A stretch of DNA of 64,000 nucleotides from Phycisphaeraceae bacterium (GTDB lineage: Bacteria; Planctomycetota; Phycisphaerae; Phycisphaerales; Phycisphaeraceae): positions 3,072,001 to 3,136,000 of the forward strand of contig OY771506.1 in NCBI GenBank assembly GCA_963674705.1. The letters run 5' to 3'. Below, piece after piece: positions 37,601-46,560 of this stretch (position 1 is its first letter; every line of letters starts with the position of its first letter). The notes below the pieces were generated by a model. The model ran no database searches. It was not told the DNA's origin and saw only the letters and a list, made by a program, of their open reading frames with translations. The translations under genes were made by a program, and so were the position numbers.

Positions 37601-37955
37601 ACTGCTCGGCCCGATGTATGCAACACAAAATGAACCCGATCTCGGTACGGTGTATGTTCGTTACCGCGATCCCGATACGCAGCAGGTCCGCGAGATCGAA
37701 TCACGCCTGACCAACGATCTTGTTACCAACCGCATCCCAAGCGAGGATGAACGCTTCTATCTCGCCGCCTGTGCGGCTCGTTTTGCGGAAGTATTGCGCG
37801 GCAGCGAACACGTGCAGGATCCGGAAACGATTCGGAACCTGCTGCAGCTTCAAACCGTCTTAGATGTTGTGGCCTCGCGTCTGCCAATGGATCAATCTGT
37901 GCAGGACTTCAACGACCTGGTCCGCCGCGCGATCGGTCTGCCACAGGCTCAATAA
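34620..37955 (+). CDS. Membrane-anchored vWA protein (YfbK/DUF3520-like) with anti-sigma-like N-terminus
   Basis: STFALDVDTASY, VRMEEFVNNFDY, MIDAS DTSGSM, SDGVANVG, YRLIGYENR and DAGEVGSGQ motifs; a single TM near aa 100. Confidence 0.9.
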   Translation: MNREQAESLLAQLLFDDLEEPARSQLLEYLKTDPELSEQLGDMRLTAKVLRDAMQEETEPRLDAQHKAGLQKQIENDRNRTKIKAILTHHVGNRWVAYAAMIVISALLVGVFLPALGVARRPTSRATSASGDFALSEYAAEPHEPMQAFSMPYKSESDIAYAEDQSRVQTAHKKLARQNDELSFVQQQDTPLLPGSLRVNSMTTEPEITERFAGRGYAFARGSETAPESSNEYFYSSSSNRGDLAAETEEVRRRRDARLSQSGSVNQTDEAGRENLAGGYVLGREVAGLESRSELDMLSNNDFAESAGKPMGGVAGGYGGGYGGYDIKAGAEFRALNDAPDSSASPATAGEPVASYIGDKWYADESGTSRSSSVNSRGFVSDLEPAAEQSSSLTPHFGLPGSPADTLERLPQQRVELTDGALASVDSLATGSSPSTVASARTSTPDQDNLWAAGRLGVTPATSEPTSTTGLSGEAVALNATDRETMVQEKLRMALDLQREQNYDQALDVLKEAEFLKPNDVAANAITEMVEEARIATNARDVYRRRDQGIARQKDTEDASIPEGEVQVLNFPADWPQITSGKLQADNADAVDSYARAVQVVPERVAKGVEKVPEKSEQEVKADFKPVDVVEGVIVLGDQPVPAEEAPPARKPKLMPVNPWVMTADDRLSTFALDVDTASYNIARRYIHDGFLPPKYTVRMEEFVNNFDYNYPAGQGDSEAFTVHAEAGPSPFGQGTVLVKIGVRGKVVGRDQAKPASLVFVVDTSGSMDRDDRLPLVRKSLAMVLDQLSPQDRVSIVSYGTKANLLIEAAPASDKQRILNSLENLQTGGSTNLLSGVELGYEVAQRQFITNGVNRVILNSDGVANVGPSESDELIDQVQTLRRQGVSFTSVGFGAGNYDDKILEQLANKGDGDYMFVGSIDEAKRLFVDDLAATRPIIAYDAKIQVDFDPARVRRYRLIGYENRDIADKDFRNDTVDAGEVGSGQSATALYEVELLGPMYATQNEPDLGTVYVRYRDPDTQQVREIESRLTNDLVTNRIPSEDERFYLAACAARFAEVLRGSEHVQDPETIRNLLQLQTVLDVVASRLPMDQSVQDFNDLVRRAIGLPQAQ

Positions 37956-37958
37956 CGT

Positions 37959-40900
37959 ATGACTTTCCAAACCCACTGCGGGGTATCTCCGATGAAACAA
38001 GCATTTTCGTTGACCGTCCTGACCGTCCTGATGTGTATATTAGGTCTTGCGTTACCCGCCCGCGCTGACGTTGAGGTAGACAACGCCGCTGTGCTTGCCG
38101 ACATCGACGGATCGAACCTGACATTCACGGTGCGTTTTGAAATCACGATCAAGCAGCGTGATCAGTGGGTCGATGTGGCGGTGGGGGAGCTGGTGCTAGA
38201 CGAGGTGCATTCACCCGAGGGTGGATACACCTTGGAATACGACGCTGAACGAAAGGCTTACCGCATGGGCTTCGGGTCAGCCGGGTCGCGATCTGTCGAG
38301 CTAACGCTTGCCGCGAAGCCCGTGCCGGTCGGAGAAACAGGCTGGCGTGAAGCGAGTTTCGAGATGCCCGCATCGCGCGTGCGCGAATTGGAACTGACAT
38401 CCGATCGCACGGACCTTGAAGTAGAACTCGTCGGTGCGGTACGCGTAGATCGTAAAGTCGACGATGGCAAACTTCACATTACAGGCGTACAAGGTGCGGA
38501 CAAGCGATTTATCGTCCGCTGGAAGCCGACCGTGCGCGACCTGGATGCGGAACTGGTCTTTGCTACCGAACTGAACACCATCGCGAGTGTGCAACCGGGT
38601 GCGATCCGTCTGGATACGCTTGTTATCTATGATGTCGCCCAAGGCAAGTTGCGAGAGCTTTCGCTTCATACGCCCAAGGGTTTGTCGATCACACAGGTGC
38701 TGGGCAACAACATCCGCGACTGGCATATCGAATCGACGCCTGCCGATGAGCCCGACATCCTGCGTGTCGTCTTGAGTCAACCTCAAACAGGCCGGTATGG
38801 CTTGCAGGTTGTCGGCGAGTCGATGGTCTCTACGTTCCCTACGCAAACCAAGCTGCCCGTGATCGAACCGATCGGCGGGACGCGCGCCGGCGGGCGACTG
38901 GCGATCGGCACAGATAGCGCGATCTCGCTACTGATCAAGCAGGCCGGGGGCCTGTCACAGATCGACGCTACAGCCATGCCGCAGATCATCCTGGATAATC
39001 AGCACCCCAGACACACACCGACAAGCAAGGTGTTTTTCTACAGCTTCGCCTCACCAAACTATGAACTGTTGCTGGGTCTGGACCATGTCGAGCCGACGTT
39101 TGATGCGCTTGTCCGTGTGCTTGCAAACATCGGACAGGATGAGATGCGGATCAACACCCAAGTCGAACTCGATATCCGTGACGCGCCGTTGCGACAGGTG
39201 GACATCTCGATACCGGCAGGGTTAACACTGGTGAACGCCACCGGCGCACAGGTGGATGACTATCGGCTCATTGAGGGTGACAACGAAGCCGATGAATCAG
39301 TACGTGTCAGCTTCGCCCAGCCTGTGTCAGGGCACGTCATGCTTGACCTGCGTCTGGAACTTGGCAGGCCGCCGCTTGATCAGACGCTGAAGCTGTATGG
39401 CTTTACTGTCAACGATGCGAGGAGTATGCGCGGTTTCCTTGTGTTGTCATCCGATCAAGGGGTTGAACTCGGGCAGATCACTCACGACCCGCAACAACTG
39501 CGAGAAGTCAACGTCGCTTCGGTGCCGATCCGTGTCGCCTCGGCGCGTTACGCCTTTCGTTTCAGTGACTCGGACTGGGAGGCTGCGTTTACACCGAAAC
39601 AAACACCGCCCAGTGTTCGAGCCGAAGCATTCCACCTGATCTCGCTCGGTGAAGGTGTTGCCTACGGCAACGTCGTGTTGTCCTACTACATCACCGGCTC
39701 GCCGATCGATACGTTGAGCTTCCACGTTGAGCCGAACCTGAAAAACGTCGAGTTTGTCGGCCGGGATGTCCGCAACGCCAAGCAGGATGATGCCGACCCG
39801 AGTTTGTGGACGGTCACACTCCAGCGGCGCGTGATCGGCGATTACAACCTTGCGGTCACGTATTCACAACCCGCAGCCCGCGACGGCGACATCCTCGCAG
39901 GCGGCGTGCAGTGTGTAGAAGTCGAATCTCAGTCGGGCTATCTCGCGGTCGCCAGCCACCTCGACTTAAGACTGTCTCCGCAGAATCCAGCCGAATCGGG
40001 TTTGATCGAACTGGATCGCGAAGAGCTGCCGGCCAACTACCGCCTGCTTGTCTCGGCACCGCTGATAGCCTGCTACAGCTATGCAGGTGAAGTAACACCG
40101 ATGACGATCAAGATCGACGCTTACGATCTCGGCTCGCTCTTGCCGGCCGTCGTCGAACTGACGGAACTGGATACGCGTATCTCAACACAAGATAGCGGAG
40201 AAGCACAATCGTCCACCACCATGACCTTCAAGGTCAAGAACTCGTCCGGCCAATTCTTATCGCTTCGTCTCCCTGAAAATGCAGAAGTCTGGAGTACTCG
40301 CCTGGCCGACGGGTATCAGACCGATGAACAGGGCAATCCAATCCTGGATGAGAAGGGCGTGGCGATCGGTAACTTTAAACGCATCGTCGCTTCACATGAC
40401 AAAAAGACCGGCGAACTGTTGATCCCGCTGCCCCGGCCGCGCGATCCGAACACACCCATGACCATCGAGCTGATTTACGGCCAAGTCCATCCCGACCTTG
40501 GTTTTGCAGGCGATCTGACATTGCAGGGGCCGGTCGGATCGGTGGCGTCAACGTACGACAATTGGAAGGTGACGGTGCCCCCGAATTGGGCGGTTCACTA
40601 TAAATCAGGTGATCTGCGTCCCGAACCACGCGCTGAACATCACGGCAGCGTCTCGCATGTCTTGCGTTACGTGTTTGATAGCTGGGGGTGGGTGGTTAAT
40701 CGGGTTACGGTTCTACTTACGATCCTGGGTGCATTGGCGGTGGCATCTATTGTTCTATTGGTTGTCTGGCTAACCGCGCGCGGCTACTTTTCGCAAGCCG
40801 TTGTGGGCTTGTGCCTGATCCTTCTTTTGCTGCTTGGCATCAGCGCATCAACGGCTCCGAGTATTACCGAATATCTGTCGCAGCCTGACGACCTGACTAC

Positions 40901-43900
40901 GTTGCAATTCAACCAGGTGATGTCCACAACACAAGGCGAAGCGGTCACCATGACGTTGCGCGTCACACCTGCATGGCGGCAATATGCGTCGGTATTCTCG
41001 ACCATCATCGTGCCTGTTGCGGGTTTGCTGGCTATCGTCGCATCGGCCTTTGTATCACGATTCCGCAAGCTGCTTATTGCTGCGGGTCTGGCTGCAATCC
41101 TGTGTGCTGCTTGCCGGCTGCCTGTCCTGAGTCAGGCTTTGGGTCATCTGTTGACGTGGGGTGTCCCCGCGATACTGCTTGCAGTGTTTGTCTGGCGCGT
41201 CTTTATCCCCAAGCTCCGAAGTGTTAAGCAACTCAAACAGGCTGCGGCCGTCGCGACTGTTTTAGCATTATCGCTACTACTTTTAACCGGCTGTGCTTCG
41301 TCAACCAAACCGCCTATCACCTCGGACGGTTCGATTCTCAACCGTGTTGAACTCGACCTGTCTGTCGAAGATGACGCCATGGCGGGTGAACTGCGCGTCG
41401 ATATCAACACATCGCAGCCCACGCGGATCAACATGCTGCAACCCGGCGCGATCCTCCTGTCTGTTGAACCCGATACGGACGCGATCTCGCTTGAATCGGT
41501 CGATGGCAGGTATGACCTGGTTGTTAAGCACCCAGGCAGTTATCACGCAACGATCCGCTTCCTCATGCCCTTGCCGGTGGCTGATCCACAACTTGCCCAT
41601 ACTTTTCAGATGTCTTTGCCACCGTCTTTGACGAACCATGTCGCGTTGACAATCCCGGGCACCGCTTACGATGTGCGTTGTCCGTCGGCTGTGCGGCTAA
41701 GCAAGACGGAGGCTGACGAGCAAACCACGGTGCAGGCGATCATAGGCCATTCGGAACCACTCGTATTTAGCTGGCGGCCTCGTGCTCGTGAACGCTCGTT
41801 AGAAAAGACCGTGCTGTATGCCGGCACAACCGAACTGGTACGCTTCGACACCGGTATCATCGAGCAGGTCTCACGCGTTCGGCTTGACATTGCACAGGGT
41901 CAGGTCGAAACACTGTCGCTGCTAGCCCCCGAAGGCATGACCGTCACCAGCGTGCAGGGCGCAAATATCGGTACATGGCGTTTTGATCCGAAATCAAGAC
42001 AGGTCGAAGCGAAACTCACACAACCCGCCACCGGTTCGTATACCTTTCTCGTCGTGATGCAGCAGGCCGTAACCGATCTGCCTGCTAATGTGAAGTTGTC
42101 CCGCCTGCAGGTCATCGGCGCGGAAAACCAACGCAGTATGATCGGTCTGGCACAGACCGCCAACGTTTATACCGTGGTTGAAGAACATCCCCAGCCAATC
42201 AACGTGGATGACTTTACGCGTGAAGCGTCCGTGCTTATCGCGCCCGTAGCCCAGCAGTTATCCGGCGGCGTGAAGTCGGCTTACCGCGCCGGTGAAAAAG
42301 ATGAAGTGGATGTCACGGTTCATCGCGTTCGTTCCGAACTGCGCACAGCCGAGAACGCCACGTTCGCGATCATGGATGAACGCCTCGTTTACAACGGCAC
42401 ATTCACATTATTAATCAGCAAGGCCGGTCAATTCAGCGTCGACCTGATGATCCCTCAGGGCTACGACATCGACGCGTTGACCGCGAGCCAGGTAAGCCAT
42501 TGGGATGAAGCGGAAACCGATAACGGCCGAGTTGTTACCGTCCACTTCCGCACGCGTACGATCGGCCAGGTTGATCTCGCCCTTGCCTTGTCACGATCAA
42601 TAGGCTCGCTGCCGGACTCGCTGGAAGCGCCGCGTGTCAGCGCGGTCGATGCGATGAAGCACACCGGGCAACTTGTCGTGTCTTCCGATCAAAGTGTGCG
42701 TATTGAAGTAGATAGCCGTACGGGCGTCAGTGAAGTCGATCCCGTGGAGATCGGCGTCAGGACGCCGGGCACGCTGGCGTTCAGGCTATTGCGCCCCGAG
42801 TGGTCGTTGAAGCTGAATACGGAAGTGATCGACCCGGTCATTGATGCTGAGCTGCTTCACACCGCGCGGGTCATGGAAGGGGTTGTACGTCATCGTTGTT
42901 ACATCCGCCACCAGATCCGCCACGCAGGTGCGAAGGTGTTCAGCGTGCGGTTGCCCGAAGATGCGACAGCGGTGGTCGTCACCGGTTCAGAGATCGCACG
43001 CATCAGCCAGCCTGATAACAGTGATGCATCGTTGTACCAGATCGAATTGACGCGTAAACAATTCACACGCCCGTACCAGTTAACCGTGCAATACGAGACG
43101 CCGATCCCCGATGAGGCGCAAACGGTCGTCATCGAACCGGTGATCGTCCCAGGCGCAGAGCGTCAACGCGGTTTTGTCACCATAACGGCCGGGCCCAGGA
43201 TGGAGCTTGCCGAGGTCGGCACGGACAAGACCATGCAGCCCGCAGAAGCACGCACGATCCCGCGCGAATTCGGCGCGGGCGATTTATCTGAAGCTGCGCT
43301 TTGTTACATCACATCCAGTAACGATTACCACTTGGACCTTTCGATAACACGCCACGAAGCAGCCGAACTGTTGGATGCCAACATCCGGCGAGTGAATATC
43401 GAATCCGTCATCAATCAGGCCGGGGCATCGATCAATCGAGTGAAGGTTGAATTGACGGTAGGGGGGAAACGTCACCTGCGAGCAATACTTCCGCATGACG
43501 CAGAGGTGTGGTCACTGATGGTGGGCGCGAAGTCGGTTGTGCCTTCCGTATTGCCATCCGGTTCAAGAACATCATCTGCTCCGGTCTACCTGATCCCCTT
43601 GAGCCCCGATGCCGCAGGGGATATGCCCGTTGAGATTGATCTTGTTTATGCGAGTAAGCAAACCCCAACCGCATTGAACGATTGGACGAGTCTGCAAGGA
43701 CCGAGATTCGACCTGCCTCTGCACAACATCACCTGGACGATCTACGCGCCGCCCGGATTCGTGTACGACAACTTTGAAGGCACGCTTGGCTATGAGGAGG
43801 CTCAGGCCGTTGAGCCGGACGTTGTGCACTTCACGGCAGGAGCCTACCAGAAGCAGGTCCAGCGCATGAACGTCAGGAATCTCAGCAAGGCGCTCGACCT

Positions 43901-44504
43901 TCAAGAGATGGGCGATGCCCTGGCCGCCAAGGGCGATCAACGCGCCGCACGTCAGGCGCTGGAGTCTGCCTGGTACTACTCATTGTCTGATCCGGCGCTG
44001 AATGAAGATGCACGTGTGCAGCTTCACCGGCTTGCCGAGGAGCAGGCCATGGTCGGGCTGGTCGGCAACCGTGGCCGGATCCGCCAGCAATCTGGCGTTC
44101 AGCAGGAAGTGAGCCAATCGGAATCGATCGGCGAACGTTTCGATCGAGATCAGGCCCGCAGACTGCGTAACACCCTAAGCAAGGCCGACAGCGAAAACCT
44201 TCAGGCCATCATTAACCGGATGATCGAATCACAGGAAGCCGCCACGGTCGCCGGCGTACCCTTACTGGTCAACCTGCCGATCCGCGGCGTCCCGCTTCAG
44301 TTCTCACGTTCGATCCAGGTTAATCCCGATGCCCCGATGTGGGTCGCGTTTGACGCCAAACCACCGATGACTTCGCGATTGAATAACGACCTGACCTGGT
44401 CGATCGCGACCTTCCTGGGGCTGCTTTTCATCATCTCCATCAGCGTGATGATCGGGCAATGGGTGCGATCAAACGGATCAGCGATCAAGCCAACTGATGC
44501 ATGA
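37959..44504 (+). CDS. Very large hypothetical membrane protein with internal duplication
   Basis: 2181-aa ORF with a signal peptide (possible start at 37992), a central TM cluster, a C-terminal TM and two homologous halves. Confidence 0.85.
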   Translation: MTFQTHCGVSPMKQAFSLTVLTVLMCILGLALPARADVEVDNAAVLADIDGSNLTFTVRFEITIKQRDQWVDVAVGELVLDEVHSPEGGYTLEYDAERKAYRMGFGSAGSRSVELTLAAKPVPVGETGWREASFEMPASRVRELELTSDRTDLEVELVGAVRVDRKVDDGKLHITGVQGADKRFIVRWKPTVRDLDAELVFATELNTIASVQPGAIRLDTLVIYDVAQGKLRELSLHTPKGLSITQVLGNNIRDWHIESTPADEPDILRVVLSQPQTGRYGLQVVGESMVSTFPTQTKLPVIEPIGGTRAGGRLAIGTDSAISLLIKQAGGLSQIDATAMPQIILDNQHPRHTPTSKVFFYSFASPNYELLLGLDHVEPTFDALVRVLANIGQDEMRINTQVELDIRDAPLRQVDISIPAGLTLVNATGAQVDDYRLIEGDNEADESVRVSFAQPVSGHVMLDLRLELGRPPLDQTLKLYGFTVNDARSMRGFLVLSSDQGVELGQITHDPQQLREVNVASVPIRVASARYAFRFSDSDWEAAFTPKQTPPSVRAEAFHLISLGEGVAYGNVVLSYYITGSPIDTLSFHVEPNLKNVEFVGRDVRNAKQDDADPSLWTVTLQRRVIGDYNLAVTYSQPAARDGDILAGGVQCVEVESQSGYLAVASHLDLRLSPQNPAESGLIELDREELPANYRLLVSAPLIACYSYAGEVTPMTIKIDAYDLGSLLPAVVELTELDTRISTQDSGEAQSSTTMTFKVKNSSGQFLSLRLPENAEVWSTRLADGYQTDEQGNPILDEKGVAIGNFKRIVASHDKKTGELLIPLPRPRDPNTPMTIELIYGQVHPDLGFAGDLTLQGPVGSVASTYDNWKVTVPPNWAVHYKSGDLRPEPRAEHHGSVSHVLRYVFDSWGWVVNRVTVLLTILGALAVASIVLLVVWLTARGYFSQAVVGLCLILLLLLGISASTAPSITEYLSQPDDLTTLQFNQVMSTTQGEAVTMTLRVTPAWRQYASVFSTIIVPVAGLLAIVASAFVSRFRKLLIAAGLAAILCAACRLPVLSQALGHLLTWGVPAILLAVFVWRVFIPKLRSVKQLKQAAAVATVLALSLLLLTGCASSTKPPITSDGSILNRVELDLSVEDDAMAGELRVDINTSQPTRINMLQPGAILLSVEPDTDAISLESVDGRYDLVVKHPGSYHATIRFLMPLPVADPQLAHTFQMSLPPSLTNHVALTIPGTAYDVRCPSAVRLSKTEADEQTTVQAIIGHSEPLVFSWRPRARERSLEKTVLYAGTTELVRFDTGIIEQVSRVRLDIAQGQVETLSLLAPEGMTVTSVQGANIGTWRFDPKSRQVEAKLTQPATGSYTFLVVMQQAVTDLPANVKLSRLQVIGAENQRSMIGLAQTANVYTVVEEHPQPINVDDFTREASVLIAPVAQQLSGGVKSAYRAGEKDEVDVTVHRVRSELRTAENATFAIMDERLVYNGTFTLLISKAGQFSVDLMIPQGYDIDALTASQVSHWDEAETDNGRVVTVHFRTRTIGQVDLALALSRSIGSLPDSLEAPRVSAVDAMKHTGQLVVSSDQSVRIEVDSRTGVSEVDPVEIGVRTPGTLAFRLLRPEWSLKLNTEVIDPVIDAELLHTARVMEGVVRHRCYIRHQIRHAGAKVFSVRLPEDATAVVVTGSEIARISQPDNSDASLYQIELTRKQFTRPYQLTVQYETPIPDEAQTVVIEPVIVPGAERQRGFVTITAGPRMELAEVGTDKTMQPAEARTIPREFGAGDLSEAALCYITSSNDYHLDLSITRHEAAELLDANIRRVNIESVINQAGASINRVKVELTVGGKRHLRAILPHDAEVWSLMVGAKSVVPSVLPSGSRTSSAPVYLIPLSPDAAGDMPVEIDLVYASKQTPTALNDWTSLQGPRFDLPLHNITWTIYAPPGFVYDNFEGTLGYEEAQAVEPDVVHFTAGAYQKQVQRMNVRNLSKALDLQEMGDALAAKGDQRAARQALESAWYYSLSDPALNEDARVQLHRLAEEQAMVGLVGNRGRIRQQSGVQQEVSQSESIGERFDRDQARRLRNTLSKADSENLQAIINRMIESQEAATVAGVPLLVNLPIRGVPLQFSRSIQVNPDAPMWVAFDAKPPMTSRLNNDLTWSIATFLGLLFIISISVMIGQWVRSNGSAIKPTDA

Positions 44505-44680
44505 AGCTTCGGGTGGCGATCATCGGTATGTATAAATGGTGAAACTGGTTAAGAAGGGCTGTCTGGTTATGGCATAAAAAACATATCAAACCATACGGAA
44601 TCAGACCGGAATCGGTTATAATAGTTAGTCTGGCTATTATTTATTCACCACTACAGTTTTTGGGGGCGGAGAGACACCGT

Positions 44681-46465
44681 ATGGCATTTTCTAAGTTCTG
44701 GTCTGTAATCGCGTTAGCTGTTTTGTTCACGGTATCGTCAGCTTCGGCTGATGCTTATGATCCCCCCGCTAGCTACTACAGCTCCGCGACCGGCACGGGT
44801 GCGACGCTCAAAAACCAACTTACGACCATCATGTCCACCGGGCATATTCAGCGCACCTATGGCGACTACAGGTATGCAGCCGCCTTGTTTGAAGCCGATC
44901 CGAATCATTCCGGCAACATCCTGCTGGTTTACAACCGCGCCTCTGTTAGCGCTACCTGGGATGGCGGTATAACCTGGAACCGCGAACACGTCTGGCCACA
45001 GTCGCTACAACCCGGATCGGTCAGCAATAGTTCCAAGGGCAACCTCGGTGATCATCACGCACTGCGTGCCTGTAATCCGAGTATTAATAGTTCCCGCGGT
45101 AACGATCCTTATGGCAACATCGATTCCTCCGGTTCCTACGGCGCGGTGACCGGCGGTTATTACTACCCCGGTGATGCGGATGCCGGCGATATCGCACGGG
45201 CATTGTTCTATTCCGATACACGGTGGACCAGTCTGGGTTTATCTTTGGTTAATACTTATCCCACGGGTTACCAGATGGGTAATCTTGCTTCACTTATCGA
45301 ATGGAACTACGCCGATCCGCCGGATGAATTCGAACGCCGTCGCAACCAGACGATCTACAGCTCAGCCCTTAACCCGAGCTACTATCAGAACAACCGAAAC
45401 GCTTACATCGACCACCCCGAATATGTCTGGTCGATCTATGGCGGTGGGAACAACAACAGTCAGATTTCCGTCGGTGGTGTTGCCAACGCCGATGGCAGCT
45501 CTGCTGTTACAGTGGACCTCGGTCGTGTCATCACCGGCTCGGCCGTCCCTGCCGCTCAATCCGTTAGCGTCATTAAATTCAATAGCAACCCAACCTATTA
45601 CGAGGTTACGACTTCGGGTGACGCGACATCCAGTATCACCGGCAGATACAACGCGTTCGTTTCAGGTGTAGGCATTACCAGTCTTGACGCAGGGCTTAAC
45701 ACCTCCACCGCGACAGCCGGGCTCAAATCAGGCACCATTACCGTCGACAACATCGATATCACCTCCGGCGGCACCGGCATGGGCTCCGCTGATGCCGACG
45801 ACATCATCACCGTGAACCTGGATGTCGTCGATCACGCCCAGGCATCTTTTGCCTCCGGCCTGGATCAGAACCTGCTTACGATCGACTTCGGCAGCGTCAA
45901 TCTCGGCGGCACGCTCGATACAAGCTTCGATATTTTCAACCTCGAACAAACCTTCGGTTACACCGCCGACCTCGACTTGGATTCGATCCTCGGCTTCGGT
46001 GACACCTCGATTCTGACGACTAACCTTTCAGCCTTCAGCGGGTTGACCGCCGGTTATTCCAATGACTTCCTGGCCAGCTTTGATACCAGCACGATGGGTT
46101 CGTTCAGCGCAATGTACACCCTGACGCTTTCCGATGAAGACATCACCGGTGCGACAAATCAGGTGCTAACCCTGCAACTGCTCGGTGAAGTCACAGGGCT
46201 TGAAGGCGATCTGGACGGCGACGGCTTCGTCGGCCTGGATGACCTTGACATCGTCCTGGGCAACTGGAACCAGAGCGTGCCCCCGGCTGCCAGCAATGCC
46301 GATCCATCGGGTGATGGTTTTGTCGGACTGGACGATCTGGATATCGTCCTGAACAACTGGAACGAAGGCACCCCGCCCGCTACGGATGTCGTGCCCGAAC
46401 CGACGATGGCTTGGCTGTTGGGCCTTGGTATTACAGGCCTGATCGCTCGCCGAAGGGCCGCCTGA
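44681..46465 (+). CDS. Secreted endonuclease I-family nuclease with dockerin-like module and PEP-CTERM
   Basis: WNREHVWPQS, DHHALRAC, NSSRGN and NRNAYIDHPE motifs; signal peptide; VPEP tail. Confidence 0.92.
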   Translation: MAFSKFWSVIALAVLFTVSSASADAYDPPASYYSSATGTGATLKNQLTTIMSTGHIQRTYGDYRYAAALFEADPNHSGNILLVYNRASVSATWDGGITWNREHVWPQSLQPGSVSNSSKGNLGDHHALRACNPSINSSRGNDPYGNIDSSGSYGAVTGGYYYPGDADAGDIARALFYSDTRWTSLGLSLVNTYPTGYQMGNLASLIEWNYADPPDEFERRRNQTIYSSALNPSYYQNNRNAYIDHPEYVWSIYGGGNNNSQISVGGVANADGSSAVTVDLGRVITGSAVPAAQSVSVIKFNSNPTYYEVTTSGDATSSITGRYNAFVSGVGITSLDAGLNTSTATAGLKSGTITVDNIDITSGGTGMGSADADDIITVNLDVVDHAQASFASGLDQNLLTIDFGSVNLGGTLDTSFDIFNLEQTFGYTADLDLDSILGFGDTSILTTNLSAFSGLTAGYSNDFLASFDTSTMGSFSAMYTLTLSDEDITGATNQVLTLQLLGEVTGLEGDLDGDGFVGLDDLDIVLGNWNQSVPPAASNADPSGDGFVGLDDLDIVLNNWNEGTPPATDVVPEPTMAWLLGLGITGLIARRRAA

Positions 46466-46560
46466 TCGACAGAATCACGCATCCAGAAATCAAAAAAGTA
46501 TTGCTAATTTACGTTTTGTCACTATCGTGAGATGCGGCTGGTATTCATCAGGAGCATCCC

